DNA from: Flavobacteriales bacterium
GTDB lineage: Bacteria; Bacteroidota; Bacteroidia; Palsa-965
Assembly (NCBI GenBank): GCA_040377305.1
Contig: JBEIPA010000009.1
Span: 96,001-160,000 of the forward strand
Length of the DNA: 64,000 nucleotides
Direction: 5' to 3'
Shown here piece by piece: positions 38,539 to 47,481 of this stretch; position 1 is the first letter of the stretch; the number at the start of each line of letters is the position of its first letter. The translations under genes were made by a program, and so were the position numbers. The notes under the pieces were generated by a model. It was not told the DNA's origin and did no database searches. It saw only the letters and a program-made list of their open reading frames with translations.

Positions 38539-41161
38539 TCTTCAAAATCTTCTCGTCGAAGAACTTCTTGTAGCCATCCACATCCTTGTTCTTAAGGAAT
38601 GTGCCGAAGTTCTCGGTAGAAATAACCATGGGCTGGTAAGTTCCCATTCCGAGCCATGCGAAAATTTCGGGCTTTGCCTTGAGGTTGTTGTAGTACGACA
38701 TCGCAGCAGTCTGGTCAACAAAGCTTTTCACCAGGATTGCCTGATTGTTCGCGTCGATGACAACAGAAGTGATCTGCAGACCCATGGAACCGTAGTTCTG
38801 TGTATTGAAATCCGACAGGGCCGTTTTGAATTTGTTGATGTCGGCTGCAGAATTTTTCACCACAACCATGTACTGGAATGCGGTTTTCTCATTCTCCTTG
38901 TACGTGGTTGTTTTCACCGTATCGACTGGAGCAACGCCGCCGGATTTCGGTTTACGCAGGAAGTCGAGCATCTGTTGTGCAACAGGTTTGATCGGATCTT
39001 TCGGATACGCCGCAATCAATTTCACCAAGGCAGTTTCCATTTGAGGTTGCCCTTGTGTTTTGCCCAGGCTCAAAGCACGGAGGTAGGCAAACTTTGCAGC
39101 ATGTTCGTGTTTGGTTCCGAAAATGGAGTCGGCATAATTTGCACGATCAACAACAACCTGCCATTTGCTGCGCGAATATTCCATGTACGTTGAATCGTAA
39201 TACACGCGTACTTTCTCGCGCTCAGCAAGAATGTCTCCTGCTTTCTGAGGATTCTTGATCAGCTGACAATAATCACTCTCGGGGAAGTTGGTGCAGATAT
39301 AATCGCTTTCCTTCTGTTCTTTTGTTTTGTCGCCCGTTTTCTGGTGAATACGATACAACTGAAAGTGTGATGCCAGTGAATATTTGTGTTTCGGATAGCG
39401 TGTTGTCAATGCCTCGTAAGCTTCAACCGCCTTTGGGTAGTTAAGCATCTGATCTTTGTAAATACCACCCAGATTGTACAGTGCATCCGCAACCGCTTCA
39501 TCCGATTTCGCAATGGCTTCCGGTGTCATCGGAAGATTCTGCAGGTAGTACTGGCGTGTTTGATTGCTGGAGATTTTATCTTTCCCCTTCTTCTTGACAG
39601 AGTCTTGCTCTTCCGGATCAATTTCTTCAATAAACTGTTCTTTGTTCGAGCGACGCCAGTCGTCTTCCAGTTTGCGATTGCCCCAGTTGCGCGTGAATTC
39701 GTTTACACCAAATCCAACGGTGCTCGGATTATAAAAATACCATTGTCCTGCAGGCTGGTTGTTGTTGCCTTGTGCGTTATTGTTATTATTCGCCGGGCCA
39801 CCCGCATTACCGTTGTTCATTCGGTCTTCCTGTTCCTGCTTCTTCCGTTCCTCTGCTTTCTTCGCTTCTTCGATGAGCTTGTCGATGTAGGCGTAAAGTG
39901 TGGTTGTATCGCCACCGTAAACCTTCACGACCTTTTGCAGACTGTCTTCCGTTGAAACGATATTCAGGTAACGAATCAGATTCTGAAGACTCTTTCGCTT
40001 GTCGTCAATCGAATTGTACGTTTTGTAATCTTTCGGCAGGAACATCATCGTGCTGTCGTAGTACGCACCAGCTTGTTTGTATTCCTGATTTTCGAAGCTC
40101 ATATCGCCCAGCGCGAGATAAGAAATTGCTTTCTGCCTGTTATTCCCCTGGCTCGTCGACACCGACATTCTGTAATACTTCGCAGCTTGTGCTTTGTTGT
40201 CTTTCTTCTCGAGCTCAGCCAGTGAATAATAAATCTGATCGCGGAACTCCAGGTTCTTTTCATCGAGCAGCATTTTCTCCAGATCGCGTTTTGCACCGGA
40301 AGTATTGGATGAAGTACAGATGCTCAGTCGCGCCCGGTTGAGTTTTGCGTTGAAGAGCATTTCGTATTTTGGATTCAGACCAATGCACTCAGCAAAATAT
40401 TCGCTGGCTTTTTTGCAGTTGCCTGTTATTTCATACAACTGACCGAGAATGTAATTGTAACGGGCGCGTGTTTTTTTATTCTTCGTAAGCGGAAGAGCTT
40501 CCTCGAGATACTTGATTGCGTTCGGATAATTTCCGGTGTGCATGTACAGATCAGCGTACGATGATTTCACGTCTCCCTTCTGAGAATTGGAAAGAGACTT
40601 GTCGGAATTAACCACATCGAGCTGGCTTTCTGCAAGTGTATAATCGCCGAGCTGAACTTCGGTGCGTGCTTTCCACATGATGGCAACACTCTGCGAAGGA
40701 TTGTTCGGGTATTTCTGAATTACGTAATCGAAAAACTTCAGTGCAGTAATGTATTCTGATTTGTAGTAGTGAGCCTGACCCATGATGATCCAGTTCTCAT
40801 CAATCCACTTCACCGCACCGGCAATTTCAGTTCCGGATTTTGTGGTGATCGCATGACGCTCAACCACGAGTGTAGCTTTCTTGATTGCTTTCTCAAGATC
40901 GGTGTAGCAACCTTTCGACTCCGGTGTATTCGGAATGCGGAATACGGGAAGCGGCTGTGTGTAATCGTCGATGTATGTTTTCTCCACTTTATCAGCGGCG
41001 TCCTTCATGCTTTCTCTCGCGTAGAAGTAACCGTTGTAGCGGGAAGTAAGATTGTGGTAACTGCGGGTCACCCACGTGTTTTTCGTTGTGGAGCATGCAA
41101 CAAGCAATGCAACCGCAACGAGTGCCAGAATGGAGTAATAGGATGAAAATCTGCGCTTCAC
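38534..41161 (-). CDS. porW: TPR lipoprotein, T9SS PorW/SprE family
   Basis: LVAC lipobox, CSTTKN...R.YHNLTSRYN, WYFYN...G..EF...WG.RKLEDDWR; GTG 41161 preferred. Confidence 0.85.
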   Translation of the reverse strand: MKRRFSSYYSILALVAVALLVACSTTKNTWVTRSYHNLTSRYNGYFYARESMKDAADKVEKTYIDDYTQPLPVFRIPNTPESKGCYTDLEKAIKKATLVVERHAITTKSGTEIAGAVKWIDENWIIMGQAHYYKSEYITALKFFDYVIQKYPNNPSQSVAIMWKARTEVQLGDYTLAESQLDVVNSDKSLSNSQKGDVKSSYADLYMHTGNYPNAIKYLEEALPLTKNKKTRARYNYILGQLYEITGNCKKASEYFAECIGLNPKYEMLFNAKLNRARLSICTSSNTSGAKRDLEKMLLDEKNLEFRDQIYYSLAELEKKDNKAQAAKYYRMSVSTSQGNNRQKAISYLALGDMSFENQEYKQAGAYYDSTMMFLPKDYKTYNSIDDKRKSLQNLIRYLNIVSTEDSLQKVVKVYGGDTTTLYAYIDKLIEEAKKAEERKKQEQEDRMNNGNAGGPANNNNNAQGNNNQPAGQWYFYNPSTVGFGVNEFTRNWGNRKLEDDWRRSNKEQFIEEIDPEEQDSVKKKGKDKISSNQTRQYYLQNLPMTPEAIAKSDEAVADALYNLGGIYKDQMLNYPKAVEAYEALTTRYPKHKYSLASHFQLYRIHQKTGDKTKEQKESDYICTNFPESDYCQLIKNPQKAGDILAEREKVRVYYDSTYMEYSRSKWQVVVDRANYADSIFGTKHEHAAKFAYLRALSLGKTQGQPQMETALVKLIAAYPKDPIKPVAQQMLDFLRKPKSGGVAPVDTVKTTTYKENEKTAFQYMVVVKNSAADINKFKTALSDFNTQNYGSMGLQITSVVIDANNQAILVKSFVDQTAAMSYYNNLKAKPEIFAWLGMGTYQPMVISTENFGTFLKNKDVDGYKKFFDEKILKK

Positions 41162-41273
41162 TTTTAACAAATCGGGCTCTCGTTTTCTGTGAAAACCACC
41201 GTCAGAACGAGAGGGGAACAAAAATAGTGTATTCTCTGTTCGAAAAGACGGCTTTTTCGCAAATGGTTGCCTC

Positions 41274-41385
41274 TTAGACGACAGACATCAGGCTTCAGAC
41301 AGGAGTAATTTATATCCTTCCGGATGGAATTATTTGAAGTGCAAATTTTCACACTACTCCCGCCTCCCGTCTCCCGTCTCCCGAC
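41274..41385. repeat. 7-mer arrays (TCAGACA-like / TCTCCCG)
   Basis: TTAGACG ACAGACA TCAGGCT TCAGACA ... ACTCCCG CCTCCCG TCTCCCG TCTCCCG, then TATCTTTG at 41386. Confidence 0.75.
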
Positions 41386-41408
41386 TATCTTTGCAATTCA
41401 GCCGAAAA

Positions 41409-42272
41409 ATGAGCGAAGCATCCAAAAAGAAGTCGTGGAGAGAGCGATTGCGTTCCCGCTACCGCATGGTAGTCATGGACGACGATACGTTCGAGGAGCG
41501 TGCGTCGGTTACTTTGACGCCACTTGGAATCGTGGTTGCCATGTCGGCGATAACGATTATCATGACTGTGCTTGTCATCAGCTTGATCGCTTTTACACCC
41601 ATTCGTGAGTACATTCCGGGTTACGCGGATGTGGGCATGCAGGATTCCCTGATTGCGATGAACGAGCGCACAGATTCCCTGATTGCAGAAACCAATGCAC
41701 GCCAGTTGTATCTCGACAACATTATGAATATTCTGAAGGGCAATGACACTGCCGTGAATATTCAGAATCCGACTGATACCACACGCAGTTATGACAGCCT
41801 CGATTTCTCCCGCTCAAAAGAAGATTCGTTGTTGCGCGATGAAATTGAAACGAGCGATCAGTATTCACTCGCCATTGGTGTAACGCGCAGAACCGGAATC
41901 AGTGGTTATTTCTTTTTCGCTCCTGTGAAAGGTGAAATCACCAGTTCATTCAATCTTGCCGAAGAACATTTCGGTTGCGATGTTGCCTCTGGTGAAAACG
42001 AACCGGTGAAAACAACACTCGACGGAACAGTCATTTCAGCAGGGTGGACACCCGAAGACGGATACGTAATTCAGGTGCAACACGGAAACAATCTCATCTC
42101 CGTTTACAAGCACAACGCCGCCCTACTGAAGAAAACCGGTCAGTTCGTAAAAGCCGGAGAACCGATTGCGATCATTGGCAATTCAGGAGAACACTCTACC
42201 GGTCCGCACTTACATTTTGAGATCTGGTACAATGGAGCGCCAGTGGATCCGCAGGAGTATGTAGTGTTCTAA
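41409..42272 (+). CDS. M23-family metallopeptidase
   Basis: N-terminal TM, HFGCD, YKH, STGPHLHFEIW; ATG 41409. Confidence 0.93.
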   Translation: MSEASKKKSWRERLRSRYRMVVMDDDTFEERASVTLTPLGIVVAMSAITIIMTVLVISLIAFTPIREYIPGYADVGMQDSLIAMNERTDSLIAETNARQLYLDNIMNILKGNDTAVNIQNPTDTTRSYDSLDFSRSKEDSLLRDEIETSDQYSLAIGVTRRTGISGYFFFAPVKGEITSSFNLAEEHFGCDVASGENEPVKTTLDGTVISAGWTPEDGYVIQVQHGNNLISVYKHNAALLKKTGQFVKAGEPIAIIGNSGEHSTGPHLHFEIWYNGAPVDPQEYVVF

Positions 42273-42282
42273 TAAACTTGAT

Positions 42283-42350
42283 CATTGTACATTGAACATT
42301 TGGCGTTGAATATTAATGCTCAACGCCAAACGCACAATTCTCAATGTTCA
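42283..42350. repeat. Inverted 7-mer arrays (CATTGAA / TTCAATG type)
   Basis: CATTGTA CATTGAA CATTTGG CGTTGAA ... GCTCAAC GCCAAAC GCACAAT TCTCAAT GTTCA. Confidence 0.75.
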
Positions 42351-42375
42351 CGGAAGTTCGTTTTGAGATAGTACG

Positions 42376-42399
42376 CCCTTCGACAGGCTCAGGACAAGC
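42376..42399 (+). repeat. REP-like CTTCGAC-nnn-GCTCAG element
   Basis: CCCTTCGACAGGCTCAGGACAAGC; relatives at 61866-61888 and about 13458. Confidence 0.6.
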
Positions 42400-42404
42400 T
42401 CCAT

Positions 42405-42431
42405 GGACGGAAAATACTGATCAGACGGATT
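42405..42431 (+). repeat. 27-bp dispersed repeat, copy 2
   Basis: GGACGGAAAATACTGATCAGACGGATT. Confidence 0.8.
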
Positions 42432-42475
42432 TTCGTTTTGTTACTTCTTCGAATAACTGAAGTTATAGTAGAGTT

Positions 42476-43075
42476 ATGCGAACACTTAATGTAATTTTTA
42501 TTCTGGCGTTTTCGGCCCTGCTTATTTCTTTTTCCCGACCGGGAGACGTAAAGCCCGGGCACAAAACTCTTTCCGATTCAAGTTTTGTTGTAGGCGATGT
42601 GGTTGCGTTCACACCAGTGTATTTTAACCTGGGTAGGTGCACACTACTTGCGGATAAGGATTCGGTATTCAGTCAGACGGATTCGTTAAAGCCCGTGGTC
42701 AAATTCATCAACGATCATCCGAATTTCGTCTTTGAAATCCGTAACCATACTGATACTGTAAATCCTCACGCCTCTACCAAATACACTGCATGTCGTGCAA
42801 AATCAGTTCTTGACCGCATGATTGAATTAGGTGCAGATAAAAACAGGCTCACTGCAAAAGGAATGGGGGACATAGAGCCGTTGAAACTGAGCCACACCCT
42901 GTATCTGCCATCAGGAGATTCGCTAACAGCTGGCGCCGTTTTAACACACAGGTTCATTGCATCGAGAAAATCGAAAAAGGATGATTGGGAATATCTGCGC
43001 ATGAAGAACCGGCGCACGGACTTGAAAATTGTCCGAACAGATTATGTAGAGCCGGTGGACACGCTGAAGAAATAA
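42476..43075 (+). CDS. OmpA-family domain protein
   Basis: HTD, RAKSV, RLTAKGMGD.EP, NRRTD. Confidence 0.8.
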   Translation: MRTLNVIFILAFSALLISFSRPGDVKPGHKTLSDSSFVVGDVVAFTPVYFNLGRCTLLADKDSVFSQTDSLKPVVKFINDHPNFVFEIRNHTDTVNPHASTKYTACRAKSVLDRMIELGADKNRLTAKGMGDIEPLKLSHTLYLPSGDSLTAGAVLTHRFIASRKSKKDDWEYLRMKNRRTDLKIVRTDYVEPVDTLKK

Positions 43076-43188
43076 ATTATTGGAAGACAAGTCGATCTTC
43101 GTGTTTGCGTATGTGCCAGATGTAAATTAAGATCAACCGGCGGTTTCTTTGTTTGAAACCGGCTCCTCGGGTTTCGTAATTTCATATT

Positions 43189-43875
43189 ATGAAGTTTCTT
43201 GCTGCATTGCTTCTTTTGGTAGCGTTGGTCTTGAATTGCGGAACCTCTTCTGTTGATGCACTTCAAATCAACAGCGAAGACAGTATTTGCAATGTTGAAA
43301 GAAATGCCGCGCGGAAAGGGTTTGAGAAAGGCGATTTTTATCTGCCTGATACACGTGATTACAGGAATCCATCTTATGTTGAAGAGGCATTTTATGTGTT
43401 GTACAATGTAAAGCCTAAATATTTTTGGACTGATGTGGTAGGAAATCCAGCTTCTTGTTACGACCTGATGATTGATTCGCTAGTCACAAAAAAATTCGGG
43501 AAGGATGCATTTGATCGGGCGCAGGCTTATGCTGACCATTTGCAATCGACATATCCAAACCGATACGGAAGCGATTGCTTTTATAGTCCAAGTTATATAC
43601 CGAACGGTGATTCGTTAACGGCAGATTTGTGGAAGGTGATTCATTATCCGGAAGCAGCGAAACGAGATAGCATAACGGGGGTGGTATATGTGCGATTGGA
43701 AATTGATTCTACAGGATCTGTTTCAAAAGCGACCGTAGTTAAAGGTGTTCGACATGATTTGGATAGTGCGGCGGTCGCTGGAGCCCTTAAGCTCGGAAAA
43801 TTTCATGTTGAGCGACGCTGGGGTATAAAGCAAGCGGCAGAGTTAAATATTCCAATCAGATTCTCCCTCAAGTAA
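43189..43875 (+). CDS. TonB C-terminal domain protein
   Basis: YPEAAKRDSITGVVYVRLEIDSTG, LDSAAV, IPIRFSL. Confidence 0.8.
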   Translation: MKFLAALLLLVALVLNCGTSSVDALQINSEDSICNVERNAARKGFEKGDFYLPDTRDYRNPSYVEEAFYVLYNVKPKYFWTDVVGNPASCYDLMIDSLVTKKFGKDAFDRAQAYADHLQSTYPNRYGSDCFYSPSYIPNGDSLTADLWKVIHYPEAAKRDSITGVVYVRLEIDSTGSVSKATVVKGVRHDLDSAAVAGALKLGKFHVERRWGIKQAAELNIPIRFSLK

Positions 43876-43910
43876 CAGAACTGAGGACCGAGAACTGAGA
43901 ACCGAGCACT
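43876..43910. repeat. 7-mer tandem array (GAGAACY), one arm
   Basis: CAGAACT GAGGACC GAGAACT GAGAACC GAGCACT fills the gap from stop codon to the dxr -7 box. Confidence 0.85.
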
Positions 43911-43922
43911 ATCTTTGGCCCC

Positions 43923-45080
43923 GTGAACGATCAAGCAAAAAAACTCGCCATTCTCGGCTCAACCGGTTCAATCGGTACGCAAGCACTAGATGTAGTTGCG
44001 TCGCACCCGGATGAATTTGTGGTGGAAGTTCTGGCAGCAGGAAATAATTCTGATTTGCTGATTGAACAGGCGCTGAAGTTCAAACCGAATGTGGTTGTGA
44101 TCAATGACGTTGGGCAACTCGCGAAGGTGAAAGGCGCGTTGCTGGATGAAGGCATCAAAGTTTACGGCGGTGAAGATGCGCTGGTTGACGTGGTGCAGAT
44201 GGAAACCATAGACATGGTACTTGCTGCGATTGTAGGTTATGCCGGATTGCGTTCTACACTTGCTGCAATCAATGCCGGAAAGCAAATTGCATTAGCGAAT
44301 AAAGAAACTCTTGTTGTTGCGGGCGAGCTCGTGACGAAAACGGCGAAGGAAAAAGCAGTGAATCTGTATCCGGTGGATTCCGAACACTCTGCAATTTTTC
44401 AATGTCTTGCAGGCGAGTTTCACAATCCGATTGAAAAAATTTACCTCACTGCATCAGGCGGACCTTTCAGAGGAAAAACGCGTGAACAGTTGGCGAATGT
44501 TACGAAGGCGGAAGCGCTGAAACATCCGAACTGGTCCATGGGCGCGAAGATTACAATCGACTCTGCGACGTTGATGAACAAAGGACTTGAAGTGATAGAA
44601 GCGAAATGGCTTTTTCATCTCAAGCCCGAGCAGATTGATGTGATTGTACATCCGCAAAGCATTGTGCACAGCATTGTACAATTCGGCGATGGTTCCATGA
44701 AAGCGCAGATGGGATTACCCGATATGAAATTGCCGATTCAATATGCAATGGGTTATCCCAAGCGTTTGAAATCTGATTTTCCCCGTTTCGATTTTCTGAA
44801 ATATCCTTCGCTCACATTCGAGCAAGTGGATCGCAAAACGTTTTCGTGTTTGGATCTCGCTTATTCCGCAATGAAACGTGGCGGCAACAACGCCTGCATC
44901 ATGAATGCTGCGAACGAAATTGCAGTAGAAGCTTTTCTCAATGGCAAAATCAAGTTCCTGCAGATCGCCGAGGTGATTGAAAAGACGATGGCGAAAGCGA
45001 TTCATATTGCGAGTCCTTCGTACGATGATCTTGTTCGCAGCGACAAAGAGGCGAGGAGACAAGCGGCGGCTTACCTTTAA
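43923..45080 (+). CDS. dxr: 1-deoxy-D-xylulose-5-phosphate reductoisomerase
   Basis: LGSTGSIG, LANKE, PVDSEH, HPNWSMGAKITIDSATLMNKGLE. Confidence 0.98.
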   Translation: MNDQAKKLAILGSTGSIGTQALDVVASHPDEFVVEVLAAGNNSDLLIEQALKFKPNVVVINDVGQLAKVKGALLDEGIKVYGGEDALVDVVQMETIDMVLAAIVGYAGLRSTLAAINAGKQIALANKETLVVAGELVTKTAKEKAVNLYPVDSEHSAIFQCLAGEFHNPIEKIYLTASGGPFRGKTREQLANVTKAEALKHPNWSMGAKITIDSATLMNKGLEVIEAKWLFHLKPEQIDVIVHPQSIVHSIVQFGDGSMKAQMGLPDMKLPIQYAMGYPKRLKSDFPRFDFLKYPSLTFEQVDRKTFSCLDLAYSAMKRGGNNACIMNAANEIAVEAFLNGKIKFLQIAEVIEKTMAKAIHIASPSYDDLVRSDKEARRQAAAYL

Positions 45081-45082
45081 CC

Positions 45083-45231
45083 ACATAGTAACATAGGCCC
45101 GTTGTTTTCTTGTTGGGCGAAAGAACTACATAGTTCACAAGAGAATATCGCCAGGCGATATTTCTCATGTAACCTATGATCGCGTAGCGCCTTAGCAAGT
45201 ATCGAAAACTATGGTTCCTATGTAGTTCGCC
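45083..45231. repeat. Palindromic element with ACATAG/CTATGT units about 9 nt apart
   Basis: GAACTACATAG (45123) inverse to CTATGTAGTTC (45218); central GAGAATATCGCC/GGCGATATTTCTC hairpin. Confidence 0.65.
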
Positions 45232-45243
45232 GCGGACAATCAC

Positions 45244-45278
45244 AAAAAAAAGAGCCGCAGGTTATGCAGCTCTCTTTT
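45244..45278. terminator. Bidirectional terminator
   Basis: A run, AGAGCCGCA..TGCAGCTCT stem, T run. Confidence 0.7.
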
Positions 45279-45295
45279 ATAAAATCTAAATCGTC

Positions 45296-47329
45296 TTATC
45301 GAACAATCTGAATCTGTTGTTTACCGGAATGAACTACATCAGAAACTTGAACGATAAACGTTCCTTGCGCTTCTGCGGTGAGATCAATTGCATGAGCAGT
45401 TTGACCGGAAACACTCTTCAGCATCTCACTGTAAACAACTCGTCCGGTTAGATCCGTAATTTCAATGCTCACGTTTCCGCTGTAGCCTGTGAGATTCAGG
45501 TTTACATGTCCATCACCAGGATTCGGGAAGATGTTGAATCCGGCAGCAGAAGTATTTGCTCCGATTGCCGTACAAACATCAACGTAAACACTCGTAGAAT
45601 CCAGAGACGAACATCCGTTTGCATCCGTGAAAGAATAAACGAGAGAATAAGTTCCAACACCTGTTGAAGGATCGAACATATTTCCGGTTACACCCGGACC
45701 AGCCCACGCTCCACCAGCAGGTGAACCTGTAAGTGTTACGTCGTTGTCGGCAAGGCAAACTGTGTCCATCGCTGCACTTGCTGTTACCGTAGGAATGGTG
45801 TTGATTGTAACGTTGATAGTATCATTAGCTGTGCAACCGTTAACGTCAGTCACACTTACAAAGTAAGATCCGCTGGTAGAAGCAACATTCGTTTGAGCTG
45901 TGCTGTTGTCATTCCACAGATAAGTAGAACCGGAGTTGCCTGCATCGAGTGTTGCAGTTCCGCCGCATTGTGTAATATCAGTTCCGAGGTTTACAACCGG
46001 AATCGGGTTCAACACCACAGAGATTGTATCTGCATCCATACATCCGTTTGCATCTGTAATCGAAACGTTGTACGATCCGCTTGCAGTTACGTTGATGATT
46101 TGTGTTACTGCGCTTGTGCTCCACAGGTATGTAGAACCAGCATTGCCTGCATCAAGCATCACAGACGAGCCGCACATCGTAATGTCTGCACCCAACGCAA
46201 CAACCGGCAATGCGTTTACCGTTACTGTAGTGTTCATTGCAGTTCCTGTTCCGCATGCATTAATTCCTGCAACAGAAACAGTACCTGATGTTGTACCAAA
46301 TACAACTGTAATTGTGGTTGTTCCTTGTCCGCTTTGTATCACCGAACCTGCAGGCACATTCCATAAATAGGAATTCGCTCCCGGAACAGCACTAATGCTG
46401 AAAGACTCTGTAGATCCTGCACAAACAGAAACTGAACCTGTGATTGCACCTGGTTGTGGTGGTACACCCGAAGCTGAACTCGGAGTGATATTAACGAGAC
46501 CGCTACCTGTTCGTGCAGCCGGTGTATTGATCTGATTCGTGCCACCATTGAAGGAGCCGCCACCGCCGCCGCCTGCTCTTGTACTCGAACCTTCACCACC
46601 GCCACCGCCGGAATAACCGCCACCGCCACCACATCCGCACACGGCACCACCTCCGCCGCCAAATCCACCATCACCTTCCAGACCCGGACCGCCCGTGAAT
46701 GAAGGGGTACCATCTCCACCTGTAAACAGTGGATAAGTTAGTCCAGCTGTACAGCCGTTCCCCCAAGTTGAGTTTCCTCCAGAAGTTAACCAGCCGGTTC
46801 CGCCAGAACCCACACCCGATGGTGCTGATCCCGATCCGCCGTTTCCTCCTGTACCTCCCGGTGCTGAAGAAGGTCCATTGCCTTGTGTTCCACTAGTGGT
46901 GATCGATGCATCAATACCGAAAATGTACGTAGTTGGTGTCCAGTTAGTGTTTCCACCGCCACCACCACCTGCCGCAACAAGCAGTGTACGCCCAGGACCA
47001 TTGCTTTTCCAGACAAAAGTTCCACCGCCACCGCCGGAAGATGCTGCCGGTCCGCCGCAGGCATTCACTTCACCCTGATGGCCAACAACAATGTAAATGG
47101 TGTCGCCCAGAGTCACCGGAAATGTTCCTTGAATACGTGCGCCAAGCCCACCATTCGTATTGCCACCCTGTGCTCCGTATGCATCAATATCAATTGATGT
47201 TACGCAGCCAGTAACCACATATTGCTGGATCGTACCATTCTTTCCGGTACCCGTGGGGTTAAAGGTTAATGTCTGTGCTTGCAGTGAAACGAGACCGACT
47301 GCCGCGATTATTGTAAAAATTCCTCTCAT
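45296..47329 (-). CDS. Glycine-rich domain protein with Ig/PKD-like repeats and T9SS type A CTD
   Basis: GAQGG...GG.G, LLVAAGGGGG, GGGGYSGGGGG; LDAGN.GSTYLW repeats; IFPNP CTD. Confidence 0.8.
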   Translation of the reverse strand: MRGIFTIIAAVGLVSLQAQTLTFNPTGTGKNGTIQQYVVTGCVTSIDIDAYGAQGGNTNGGLGARIQGTFPVTLGDTIYIVVGHQGEVNACGGPAASSGGGGGTFVWKSNGPGRTLLVAAGGGGGGNTNWTPTTYIFGIDASITTSGTQGNGPSSAPGGTGGNGGSGSAPSGVGSGGTGWLTSGGNSTWGNGCTAGLTYPLFTGGDGTPSFTGGPGLEGDGGFGGGGGAVCGCGGGGGYSGGGGGEGSSTRAGGGGGGSFNGGTNQINTPAARTGSGLVNITPSSASGVPPQPGAITGSVSVCAGSTESFSISAVPGANSYLWNVPAGSVIQSGQGTTTITVVFGTTSGTVSVAGINACGTGTAMNTTVTVNALPVVALGADITMCGSSVMLDAGNAGSTYLWSTSAVTQIINVTASGSYNVSITDANGCMDADTISVVLNPIPVVNLGTDITQCGGTATLDAGNSGSTYLWNDNSTAQTNVASTSGSYFVSVTDVNGCTANDTINVTINTIPTVTASAAMDTVCLADNDVTLTGSPAGGAWAGPGVTGNMFDPSTGVGTYSLVYSFTDANGCSSLDSTSVYVDVCTAIGANTSAAGFNIFPNPGDGHVNLNLTGYSGNVSIEITDLTGRVVYSEMLKSVSGQTAHAIDLTAEAQGTFIVQVSDVVHSGKQQIQIVR

Positions 47330-47481
47330 GTTAGGATTGGTTTAAGTGAATTGCCTGACGACAAATTACAAAAAAATACAAATAATCCAGAATCGGTTTT
47401 CCGGAGACGGGCTGATTCAGGGGAATGAACATCAGGACTATATGAATTGGTTACCTTTGCCTTCGCAATAAAAAACGAGCT

